A stretch of DNA of 63,467 nucleotides, counting the filler, from Lenisia limosa (Eukaryota > Protista > Breviatea), in NCBI GenBank assembly GCA_001655205.1. It is 10 parts of 10 records of this genome, joined end to end, with 100 filler letters (N's around TTAATTAATTAA, not from the genome) between each part and the next. Parts side by side here need not be neighbours in the genome. Positions count along the whole stretch, not along the records: positions 44,766 to 53,759 come from LPNZ01011713.1; positions 53,860 to 55,353 come from LPNZ01007063.1; positions 55,454 to 57,259 come from LPNZ01009948.1; positions 57,360 to 59,449 come from LPNZ01006218.1; positions 59,550 to 61,189 come from LPNZ01003846.1; positions 61,290 to 63,467 come from LPNZ01007815.1; 4 more parts are not named here. One strand, given 5' to 3'. This document shows, one piece after another, positions 53,101 through 63,467 of this stretch. The stretch's first letter is position 1. Each line of letters begins with the position of its first letter. The notes under the pieces were generated by a model that searched no databases, was not told the DNA's origin, and saw only the letters and a program-made list of their open reading frames with translations. Both the position numbers and the translations under genes were made by a program.

Positions 53101-53759
53101 ATATGTGGGTCCTCAAAGCTCCGGACATCATTCAAAATTCATCAAAACTCCCGGACAGCTTGAAGTTGACACCTTGTATAGGCCATTGCTAGTGTTTTTN
53201 NNNNNNNNNNNNNNNNNNNNNNNNNNNNNNNNNNNNNNNNNNNNNNNNNNNNNNNNNNNNNNNNNNNNNNNNNNNNNNNNNNNNNNNNNNNNNNNNNNNN
53301 NNNNNNNNNNNNNNNNNNNNNNNNTCGGAGTAATTGGTTCCGGGTTCCCATTTGCTTGGCTATGTAATGGTGAATTTTGAGGAAGAAATGCTAAACATAG
53401 CACTGTCTACAGGGGTAAACTTTCCCGGATAGTTGCCATTTATTCCTTGAATGTGGCCTTTTATAACGGTTTTTGCTTGTTTTTGACCGTTTTTGGACCG
53501 TAAATAGAGAGCTTAGGGACTCAATTTGGTTTTGACCCGATAATATGTTAAATTGGGGTTTTATTATTTGATTAAGATTGAGNNNNNNNNNNGAATGCTT
53601 CGACAGATACATAGAGAAATGGACCTCCTAATGTTCCCTAACTTTTATATTCAATTTTGAGCAAATGTCAAAAATCCGTGAAGTTGGTCTACCGGGGGTG
53701 TCCCCCTTTTGCCTTTTCACAGGATTTTTTCTGAATCTTACCCTCTTTTAGTGTTAAGA
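53101..53759. mobile_element. Second copy of family L, inverted and internally rearranged (gaps)
   Basis: 53101-53170 is the reverse complement of 10521-10593; 53326-53370, 53400-53560 and 53660-53759 are reverse complements of about 10255-10310, 10160-10255 and 10320-10425. Confidence 0.75.
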
Positions 53760-53859
53760 NNNNNNNNNNNNNNNNNNNNNNNNNNNNNNNNNNNNNNNNN
53801 NNNTTAATTAATTAANNNNNNNNNNNNNNNNNNNNNNNNNNNNNNNNNNNNNNNNNNNN

Positions 53860-55020
53860 CTGTTGGCCTCTCCTGACAGTAAGCGGGCCAGCAAGAAGGT
53901 GGGGGTCAATAGACTGTGCGTCGTTGGGTAGGTTGGTTCACTACCGCTACACACCCTTTGGCGCGTCTTCTCGACCAGCATCCCTAACATCCAGGAGTAT
54001 TTGCCTCAACCACGTTTCAATTAAACACCCCGCCACCGGGCCGACAGACCGAGTAGGAGTTCGCAATTATCAGAGACGCAGCAATCCTGTTCGGGACACC
54101 ACGAATAGGCAACGTAAGCCGGGTGTGATAATTATCGCCAATCGGCAGNNNNNNNNNNNNNNNNNNNNNNNNNNNNNNNNNNNNNNNNNNNNNNNNNNNN
54201 NNNNNNNNNNNNNNNNNNNNNNNNNNNNNNNNNNNNNNNNNNNNNNNNNNNNNNNNNNNNNNNNNNNNNNNNNNNNNNNNNNNNNNNNNNNNNNNNNNNN
54301 NNNNNNNNNNNNNNNNNNNNNNNNNNNNNNCCGCGGACCAGTGACTGCCTTATCCAGATGGCCAGAGCCCTCTCACCACGCCAAGACACGCCAACAGCGT
54401 CCACAGCAGTGGCCTTGGCCTTTTGGCCCTCCTGGTTAAGAACAGGGACTGGACTAACAAAGTTGCAGCCACGGAAGTGGTGGTCGACGCCCTGTATACA
54501 ATTAGCGAGGCGTAGAGTGATGGTCAAGGGCACCACGCCGCCGCCGCCATTCTTGGGCAGACACCCACTGCAAACGACAAGATCACTCGGTGCTTCCCCA
54601 GTTCGGCACTCGATCCAGCTACTGACGTTTGCACCTCGTGAAACACGAGTCACGACCGGATCCCCTCCGGCCGAGCAATGTCGAACAGCCTCTGCCCCCA
54701 ACCCTCGCCTATTCACGCGGTATGCTTGTATATTAGTTGACTTAGCATTATCCATGAGAGCATTGTAGGCTCTTTTGAATTAATGAAATGATACCTCATG
54801 GAGATGTTGCAAGAGGTGATCTTATTCTCTGATGGACCAAAACGCTCTTGCACACAAGACTTGATCATGACGGACGAGGAGATACACATGGTCAAGTTCA
54901 TGAGGTCAATCTATGAACTTGTCGGACTGACGATTGGCGCGATATCAGGTACACCAATGGTTTTTAGTGTCATTCCCTCCAAATGCAGACTAACTTCGAC
55001 CCTCGTGGTACCCGAACTGA
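53860..55020. other. GC-rich coding-like segment, gene and strand unresolved
   Basis: Markedly more GC-rich than introns; long ORFs on both strands with no recognised motif. Confidence 0.3.
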
Positions 55021-55052
55021 GATTTCGAAAGTTTGTGAATATCATATAGTAC

Positions 55053-55152
55053 AAGGGCTTCATTTCGGTTCGAAAAAAGACAAAATATCTCGATAAATCC
55101 TCGAAAACTATCGATATTTTAAAGGTCTTTTTCGAACCGAAGTGAAGCCCTA
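55053..55152. mobile_element. Family M MITE with 7/8 TSD
   Basis: TATAGTAC (55045-55052) and CATAGTAC (55153-55160); long near-perfect TIRs. Confidence 0.9.
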
Positions 55153-55487
55153 CATAGTACATCTGTACATATATCATATATTATGTATGTGATATTCTGA
55201 TGGTATAAATGCAATAACAAACTAGCAAAGTATTGCAACCGAATCTGTATTTAACCTGTGGAATAAAGCCTAAGACCTAAACGTGTAACCTTTTTTTTAG
55301 ACTACTCCTCTGTATTGGGATTTTTCCCATGGATTAGAGGCTTGGAGAGGGTANNNNNNNNNNNNNNNNNNNNNNNNNNNNNNNNNNNNNNNNNNNNTTA
55401 ATTAATTAANNNNNNNNNNNNNNNNNNNNNNNNNNNNNNNNNNNNNNNNNNNNAGGCGATGATTTGTAAGATTGAATGGGTCTGGAG

Positions 55488-55587
55488 GGGGGCTTCATTT
55501 CGGTTCGAAAAAAGACCGAATTTCTCGATAAATCCTCGAAAACTACCGATATTTTACCCGTCTTTTTCGAACCCAAGTGAAGCCCTA
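55488..55587. mobile_element. Family M MITE copy
   Basis: GGGCTTCATTTCGGTTCGAAAAAAGAC...GTCTTTTTCGAACCCAAGTGAAGCCCTA. Confidence 0.85.
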
Positions 55588-55647
55588 GGTAATATGGCAT
55601 CTACAAGACAAAGCCCTTCCCTTCATCTACTTCCATTCACCTCCCAG

Positions 55648-56317
55648 CCACGCCAGGACAATTGGACCGCCAACGACGACGCAAAGGGCGGTAGCGCCAT
55701 GGACGCCAACGGCAGCTTTGTGGACCTTAACAGCAGCGTGTCAAGCCTCGATAGTCTGGGCGCGTTTGAGCGCGAGGCGCGAGACGCTGACCGCTTGTGG
55801 GCCCTTAAGAAGGGTAGGGGGGATAAGTAGGACTTCAGTTCGGTTCGAAAAAAGATTGAATTTCTTGATAAATCCTCGAAAATTATACCCCCCCCCTACC
55901 CCCCCCCCTTCCTCTCCAGGGGGAGAGGGGAAGGTAGGGGAGGAGGGAGAGGAGGGAAATATTTTCCCGAACCGAAGTGAAGCCTGAAGGATGAGATTTG
56001 TGAACATTGTTTTTCCAATTTAACAAATATGGAAGTTACAGAGAAAGAAGAAGTAAGAGGCAAGGTTACGAGGAAAGCCAAGTCGAGAGGAATACAATTG
56101 TATATGATATATGGAATCCGAAATATGGCATGACAGTTCATTTTATCATCGCATTTTGAGTCATTTTTCGTGGCCTGATACTGCGTTGCAACACTTTTCT
56201 TCATTGTCACAAACCATACGTTTTTTGTTTCATAAATTATCCTCTTTCACCCCCCTCCCCCAGCCGAAAGCAAGCAAGAAACTCCAGAAAGTCGGAGCCC
56301 CTCCCCTCCACTACCAG
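55648..56317 (+). CDS. Exon fragments of an unidentified gene
   Basis: AG/GT-bounded frames PRQDNWTANDDAKGG...RLWALKK and AESKQETPESRSPSPPLP. Confidence 0.45.
55828..55987. mobile_element. Family M MITE interrupted by a C-run/G-run insert
   Basis: Both TIRs present; flanks GGGATAAG / AGGATGAG (6/8). Confidence 0.8.
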
Positions 56318-57100
56318 GTTATTTGGGGCTATCTTTAGGTTATTCAGCTTAAAGCTGAGGGGATAATTATTGCTGATTGTAAGTTGTAACTAATCATTAT
56401 GAATTTTTAACCACAGCAATATTTACTATCATGAGGTCTTGTTGAAATCTCATCTATTTTGACAGACATCTATATACATGGACCTATGTAGCGTAGAATG
56501 AATATTTATTGAAATGGGTTGGATCAGTTCCTTAATAGATTGTACATTGGGTAGGACCTCCTTTCACTCAACAAGCTGGTCACCATAATCGAGTAGTTCG
56601 ATGTTCCCTCCAGACTTGAATTGATAACCCCTTATTCTACTATTATGAACACACACCGGTCCTATCTAGGTTCAATATTACTATTCTTCGAGGGTTTGTC
56701 GAGAAATTTGGACAAAAGAAAACGCCCCCACTTTCCATTGTTTTACTCCACAGAAACCCCCCAATCTGTACCCTCGCGACACCCCCTGTCTCCTCCAATT
56801 CCCCAGAGGCTCTCTTNNNNNNNNNNNNNNNNNNNNNNNNNNNNNNNNNNNNNNNNNNNNNNNNNNNNNNNNNNNNNNNNNNNNNNNNNNNNNNNNNNNN
56901 NNNNNNNNNNNNNNNNNNNNNNNNNNNNNNNNNNNNNNNNNNNNNNNNNNNNNNNNNNNNNNNNNNNNNNNNNNNNNNNNNNNNNNNNNNNNNNNNNTTT
57001 GAGTGTTCTTTTTCGAACTGTAGTGAAACCCTAATTGTCAATACATTACGTATTTCCTTCATTTATTTTTAATACAACCATTGCAGGATTGACCTATTAC

Positions 57101-57200
57101 TAGGGATTCCCTACGGTCCCAAAAAAGACTGAATTTCTCAATATATCCTCGATAAATATCGATATTTGACCGGTCTTTTTCGGACCGTAGGGAAGCCCTA
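57101..57200. mobile_element. Family M MITE copy (CCCTACGGTCC subfamily)
   Basis: TAGGGATTCCCTACGGTCCC...CGGACCGTAGGGAAGCCCTA. Confidence 0.85.
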
Positions 57201-57359
57201 CTTTGTGTTATCTCAGTATATTTTTCTCTTTTGTCTGGAGCAGAATCTCCCCCCCCCCCNNNNNNNNNNNNNNNNNNNNNNNNNNNNNNNNNNNNNNNNN
57301 NNNTTAATTAATTAANNNNNNNNNNNNNNNNNNNNNNNNNNNNNNNNNNNNNNNNNNNN

Positions 57360-58086
57360 CATGTTGTCACGTCTTCGGGTAAAACTCCAAGGAGAATCTG
57401 GAGGGGGGTGAAAAAAAAAAGGAAAATTATGACAACAAAAATCCTAAAACGAAGGAAATATAGAGGGAGTGGGGGTGAATTATCATTCATTCTTTGCTGA
57501 CATTTGAACAAGGGTAAAAACAACAAAACATATAATAATAATAATAATAATAATAATAGTAATAGTAAAGCAAATAATACCAACACTAACCCCCCAGAGT
57601 GTTGTCTTGTTGCTACAAGAGTTTATAATTATATCTGCTTTGAAAAGTAGTTAGTAACGAGATGAATTTAGATTGGGAAATAAACAAACAAGGAGTATCA
57701 AGCTAAAGCCGACAACAACAACACACAACTTGGAGAAAATATATCCCTAATTCTCATTCAAAACATTCAAACATCCATAGCAGCCTAAATACCATGGGAA
57801 ATACTAAGCGAGTGGGAAGAACAGAGCTATTCAATAGATATCATCGAATGTTCCAGAATCATACCTTCCAGTACAGTGACCTTAAATTGCCACTTTCAGG
57901 AATGCCTAGAGAAAAGTCACAAAAACCATTATTAAAAGATAAATCCTGAAGTGTACCTTGATAAGCCAAGTCTCTTATTTTGGTCATGTCGATCTTCGGT
58001 CCTTGGACAGCATCACGGAAAAGCTGTTCTCTTGCAGGTGGAGTACCCTTCCCCCCTGTCAAATATGTCGGTATTACATTTTCCAT
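57360..58086 (-). CDS. TBC-domain Rab GAP (TBC1D13/Gyp1-like), 5' exons; truncated at linker
   Basis: LFRDAVQGPKIDMTKIRDLAYQ|GIPESGNLRSLYWK|ILLGVLPED matches the TBC N-terminal motif. Confidence 0.8.
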
Positions 58087-58453
58087 TGTAAGCAACCGGC
58101 GAAGGCGTGTTTCGCAGCGCTAGTGTTTTGGCATAGCCCAAAAAACAGAATTTATGAAAGTAACTATACTTTTCTACACTGATTTAGACACTATTATTTA
58201 TGTGGTGATGATTGATAGGATGATATCCAAAGGATGAATTGGATGAATGAAGATATATTTTTCGAAGTTACTCGATATCTCGGATAACAGCTCTGCGATG
58301 GCAAAATCATATAAACCCCACAGGGTGTAGTATAAAAACGAATTTTGTTTTGAGAAAAATTCCTCTTTTTCGGTGGTTATTGAGTAAGTTATTCACCACT
58401 TGTTCGAGTGTCAAGAAACAGGCGTCTAATTTTCCCCCAGAAAACAAAGCACA

Positions 58454-58747
58454 ATGAAAAAGGTTTACGTTGCACAGTTCCCCTCATCTACTACTGAGGG
58501 TGATTTATCAGAGTTCTTCGGGAAGTATGGCAAGATTGAGGACGTCTTCATGAAGAGAGGATTCGCCTTTATCGTTAGCGACTCCCCGGGCTTCATAGTA
58601 ACGTTTATAGCGGTTTGAGGATCCTAGCAGCAACGAAAGGGCCCTCGAGGCAAACGGTGCTGAGTTCAAGGGCGAGAAACTTCGCGTTGAGGAGGCCAGA
58701 GACCCCGCTGCTGGGCCTTCTGAGGACACCCTTTGCTTTATTTGCAA
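58454..58747 (+). CDS. RRM + start of CCHC zinc knuckle, SR/RSZ-like splicing factor (3' part missing)
   Basis: MKKVYVAQFPSSTTEGDLSEFFGKYGKIEDVFMKRGFAFI|RFED...KLRVEEAR...LCFICK; 37-nt intron 58574-58610. Confidence 0.8.
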
Positions 58748-59029
58748 GTTAGAGGCGCGGACAGGGCTGCGGCACTATCGGCTTTTCGTGTCTTTCGTTT
58801 TTGAATTCGGGGATCATCGCTGGTTCCCACATTGTTTCGTGCTTTATTTGATTGATTTTTACCGTGGGCTTTTTGGATCGATACGAGACCGTTTAAGGAC
58901 GACGTGTCGGGATAGATCGCTTTTTATTTCAGACTACAACTTTCGTTTCGTTTTCAAGGAATAGGTTAATCTTTTTGGTCCCTCATTTATTCGGCTACTT
59001 TCTTTCACGGATTTGAATCGCATACAATT

Positions 59030-59118
59030 TTGGCTTCACTTCGGTTCAAAATATACCGGTAAAAAAATCGATAGTTTTCGAAGATTTATTCTTTTTTCGA
59101 ACCGAAGTAAAGCCCTTA
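59030..59118. mobile_element. Family M MITE copy in SR-like gene intron
   Basis: GGCTTCACTTCGGTTC...TCGAACCGAAGTAAAGCCCTT. Confidence 0.8.
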
Positions 59119-59659
59119 CCATGGTATTTCTTGGCTGACACTTTCAAATTTCCCTTTGAAAGATCGGTCAAGACGAAGCACAGTCAGTGTATCTTTTACC
59201 TGCCTATGATATTTGGGGATTGTTTAAATGCTATTATGATGGTTTAAGTGTCTTAAAAAGCCGCCCTACAAACGGGGTGTCTGAGATCTCTTGTATGGTG
59301 ATAGTACTCCTTTCTCAGTCTCGTTTCTTTGATGTGATCAGCAGCTGATGAACTATGTGTTTACGGCTTCAACCAGATGGAACATTATATATATTTTTTA
59401 TTCTCATTATATCTGTGCCATTAATTCATGACATGGTGTGAGTGTCATANNNNNNNNNNNNNNNNNNNNNNNNNNNNNNNNNNNNNNNNNNNNTTAATTA
59501 ATTAANNNNNNNNNNNNNNNNNNNNNNNNNNNNNNNNNNNNNNNNNNNNCCCCCCCCCCCGCCATCAAATTTTCCAATTGTACCCTTTTGGACTTTTATG
59601 TTTCATACATATATTACGTATATTATGTACATTTTCCAATTTTACTTCCCTCCCCCCAG

Positions 59660-61189
59660 CCTGACGAATCCGGTCCCACAGACGTGCGCCGCCGGAGTCA
59701 GACATTTGCCAACATGGTTCGGACAGAGAACGGCGCTCTCAGACGCTCCAGGGTGGGTGGGGTGAATATTAGTTTTTTTGTGGGGATGGGTGAGGGTGAT
59801 TTTTGTTGCTGTTGTTGTTGCTGTGGGTATGGAGGCAAAAATACTTCGCACGAGGGTCCGACCCCCTGTGGTTCAGACCTTCACTTCTATTACCATGTTT
59901 CTCAAAAAAGGTATCTCAATTTGTAGATAATTTAGTTTTTTAAGACATACTCGATTACAGCTACTGATATGACAGCTTGGAAACCAGTTTCTCTGTATTA
60001 CGTTACATCAAGCTGTAGAATACTGACAGAATCTTTATTTATGTTAAGTCACAGAGAAGTTAGGTCTTAGCAAATATGATTGTCTCATTTACCATCATCA
60101 AGAATATCTTGTCGCACAATTGGACTATACTACTGAAAAACAATAACATTTGATATACTATATTATGATATTTTTTATTATTCATTTATTCATTTATTCA
60201 CAATTTTGTAAATTATTGGAATGTGTCTTCACAGACAGTGGAAAATTAATATTATTTTTTGAATGGGGAAACAAAATGAGAAAAAAACCTGAGATAACAC
60301 AAATATCAGGGGTAATACAAGAACCTGGGGGTGGCTTTTTGCTACTGATTTGAGAAGAGAGCACCTACTCTGTCCTTCCGTCACCATTCCAGATGAACAT
60401 CCATCCCCAGCCGCTAGAAGAAACCTCGTCGGATCCCAACCCGGTGCCCGACGTAGCCCGCAGTCTGTCGCCCCCACAGCAGGCAGCACTACCACGCCAT
60501 GCACATGCGCGCTCACGCTCAGATCAGGTCTCGTTTGAGCAGAAAAGACAGTCGCGCCACCGCAGTGTTTTCCTCTCCGGCGAACCGGAACCGGAACCGT
60601 CGGCTATTCTAGCTTCCGAAAATGATGACGTGGCAAACGAGGTTCTTACCGACAGTGACGGTGACTCGCGGTCCAGGCTTATTCGGCGAAGTTTATCGCC
60701 CCCGGCACGACCTGTTGAGTTGATGCGGCCTGAACCGCGGACGCCCGGGGTGGGTATCGGGGTGTGTGATGATGTGTTGGGCCTTGAGCTTGATGGATTG
60801 ATCTTAGATCTAGATGAGGGTGTGGGTGGGGCTGTGGAAGAGACGAAAGAAAAGGAGGAGGAGGAGGAGGGAAAGAAGGAAGATGATGAAGGGACGAAGG
60901 AAGTGGAGGAAGAAGATATTAGGAAAGCAGCTATGGAAGAAGTAAAAGAGGAGAAGGGAAAAGAAATGGAGGAGGAGGGAAAGAAAGAAGGTGAAGAAGA
61001 AGAGCAAGAAGAAAAGAAAGAAGAACATGAAGTAGAGCAGGAGGAAAAGAAAGAAGTTGAACAAGAAGAAGAAAAAGAAGAAAGGAAAGAAGAGCAAGAA
61101 GAAAGGAAAGAAGAACAGGAAGAAAGGAAGGTTGAAGACGAGGACCCGAAGAAAGACCATATTTCGGAAAACACGAACACCAACGTTCA
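59660..61189 (+). CDS. Fragment of a protein with Ser/Arg-rich and Glu/Lys-rich low-complexity regions
   Basis: ORF 60393 to the gap with a long E/K tract; upstream splice-bounded exon 59660-59752. Confidence 0.55.
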
Positions 61190-61323
61190 NNNNNNNNNNN
61201 NNNNNNNNNNNNNNNNNNNNNNNNNNNNNNNNNTTAATTAATTAANNNNNNNNNNNNNNNNNNNNNNNNNNNNNNNNNNNNNNNNNNNNCCCCAAGCCCG
61301 GTCCCGCGCTTGCCCACCCCAGT

Positions 61324-63462
61324 GATGGAGGAAGATGACGAGCCTACCCCTTTGGTGCGCAAGCCTGCCGCCAAGCCGGTTCAAGGTGGGGAGTCTGGAA
61401 AGAACTCTTGATCTAGAGCTCCGGGCAATTAATAAAAATATTAATTTTATTTTTAATTGCCTGGAGCTCCACTCCAAATTTGGTCATACCTTTGTGTATT
61501 ATATCATTGTTTGACAATATTTGACTCTACGTTGTAACACCGCGAATAATTTGGGATGAGTCCGTACCTTTTCTGAACATTGACTTACCTGCACAGAAGT
61601 CCCAGCTGCCATGCTGACTGCCACTCAGAAAACAGTGAGGAGGGGGGGGGGTGAACTGGTTCCAGAGATGACTGGTCTGGATTTTCTTTTTTCAAAGTCT
61701 TTCATGGAGCACCTTTCGGCAAGCTATTCCCATGCCCCCACCTCAGAGCCAGCCCCCCAGTGCTTGACTCTCCATTCACGGAAGTAGCGTAAAATCGAGT
61801 TTATTCCATCAATTTCATATTTTTTTATTTGTTACCCCCACCCCCAGAAAATGCCCACTCTCCGAGCAGCGGAGTTGGCGACAGACTTCAGCTGGTCTCC
61901 TGCAGGCTTGGCGGCGCGCGTGGGCGCAAGGTGGCGAGGGATTCATTACAATAAGGTGGCATTTTAGTTAAAAAAAAGTAATTGAAGTGGTATTTCTATG
62001 AATATCTCTAAAAAGTTGATTGTTGCAGCAAGACGTTTTTCAAAATACCAACCCCTTTCTAGACACGCCCCTGTGATAAAATATGCTGGATACGTACTTT
62101 ATAATATGAATAAAACATTGTTCATAACCGGTAAAAACACCGCATTACGCCACAGACAGCGTTTGGTGCGCGCAATACGCAAAGTCTTCATGAGACTGAG
62201 ATACGCTAAGTGGCTGAAAATGGTGAAANNNNNNNNNNNNNNNNNNNNNNNNNNNNNNNNNNNNNNNNNNNNNNNNNNNNNNNNNNNNNNNNNNNNNNNN
62301 NNNNNNNNNNNNNNNNNNNNNNNNNNNNNNNNNNNNNNNNNNNNNNNNNNNNNNNNNNNNNNNNNNNNNNNNNNNNNAACTATTTTTACTCAAGAAAGAC
62401 ATTTACGTGGGGTTCCAACCGTCCAGATCAACGCCTTTCTCGACTCAGTGGGAAGGGACAAGGAGGCCATTGCCAGTGTCACTGAGAGGAATCTGCGAGA
62501 TGAGTCTGCGATCGAAACCACTGGTTGGCTGTTGTTTTGTCGTTATTTCTTTCTCGGAAGTGCGTTATCGTTATTTCTTTCTCGGAAGTGTTTTATCGTT
62601 ATTTCTTTCATCAATCAATATTAATTCTTTATGAGGGGTTTCTACAAATTTACTATTAAGATTATATTTTCCTTGTCTGCTTTGGTTTTTTCTTGCTTTG
62701 CTGCATTTTTTTTTTGGAAATAGTTATGATTTTTCGGTACCCTCCTCCGCATAACGCCTATAGCATCCCTGCCCCCCCTCCGCCTATCTACCAAAACCGT
62801 TACGGGTCCGCATCTTGGACAACCGCCACGGAAGTCCCTTCAGATCGAGTGGGGGGGCTAAAAATAATGTCAATTCCAGAAACAATGAACGCCTTGACCT
62901 CAATTCATATTAACCGATTTCAAATGACAGATATGGGATATTCGATTCATGTCCATCCAGCACTCCAATTCCGCACATTTCGCAGCACCCCATCCCGGAC
63001 TGGGACACCCACGAGCTTGTTTCAGCCCTCACGCCAACGCCAGTTTTTAAGCGCCANNNNNNNNNNNNNNNNNNNNNNNNNNNNNNNNNNNNNNNNNNNN
63101 NNNNNNNNNNNNNNNNNNNNNNNNNNNNNNNNNNNNNNNTCATGTTATGAAAGTAGGGGGGGGGGGGCTTCTTTCACAATGAAGCGATTTCACGTCAAAA
63201 AGATTTTTTGGAGACCTACAGAGTGAGGGCTATCTGATAAGGCGACAACTACATACAATGTAGTATGTTAAGAAATCAGAATCTTCCTAATTTCCCCTCT
63301 TCCCCATCATGTTGCACCCCATATATTCACTGTTGAACTGTTAACAATTACAAACCTGTTGCGCTTACATCTTAGTATGGAGTAGTGCCGCAGCCTCCCC
63401 TTGCCACCCACTCCTCGGCCTGGGGACTTACTTTGGTGAAGCCTCAGAAGACTCTGCTACAG
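61324..63462 (+). CDS. Exon fragments of an unidentified gene (continues past window)
   Basis: AG/GT-bounded frames MEEDDEPTPLVRKPAAKPVQ, RHRQRLVRAIRKVFMRLRYAKWLKM, ERHLRGVPTVQINAFLDSVGRD. Confidence 0.4.
62545..62612. repeat. 28-bp intronic tandem repeat (~2.5 copies)
   Basis: CGTTATTTCTTTCTCGGAAGTG(C/T).TTAT repeated. Confidence 0.75.
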
Positions 63463-63467
63463 GGTGG

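Noticed and set aside
54060-54110. Tyrosine-recombinase-like RDAAIL motif
   Set aside because: Short match in a frame with several stops; no H-x-x-R or Tyr motifs visible.
60524-61183. Ser/Phe-rich minus-strand ORFs
   Set aside because: Antisense shadows of the purine-rich Glu/Lys tract on the + strand.

Overview
Draft-assembly window from an intron-rich, AT-rich, flagellated eukaryote with a mitochondrion-type organelle. It uses the standard code and short GT-AG introns with loose GTNNG donors. Nine artificial 100-bp spacers (N44-TTAATTAATTAA-N44) join separate contigs, so gene order across them is not trustworthy. Recognisable genes: PPIL2 (3' part), a TPR protein, a large Cache-HAMP class III nucleotide cyclase, an m-AAA/FtsH protease (3' part), a prion-like low-complexity protein, an RNI-type LRR protein, a GATA factor, RPS14 hosting two box C/D snoRNAs, a CFAP52-like WD40 protein, RPT6/PSMC5, a histidine acid phosphatase, WDR7-like, KATNIP-like, a TBC GAP fragment and an RRM + zinc-knuckle SR-like fragment. 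The introns carry at least four interspersed repeat families: a hAT-type MITE with 8-bp TSDs, a bipartite hairpin element, a ~600-bp long-TIR element, and a repeat lying sense to the host gene and ending at the 3' splice AG in several unrelated genes. That last family, a candidate Introner-like or acceptor-donating element, is the most novel-looking signal. Exon structures were read by eye and boundaries are approximate.
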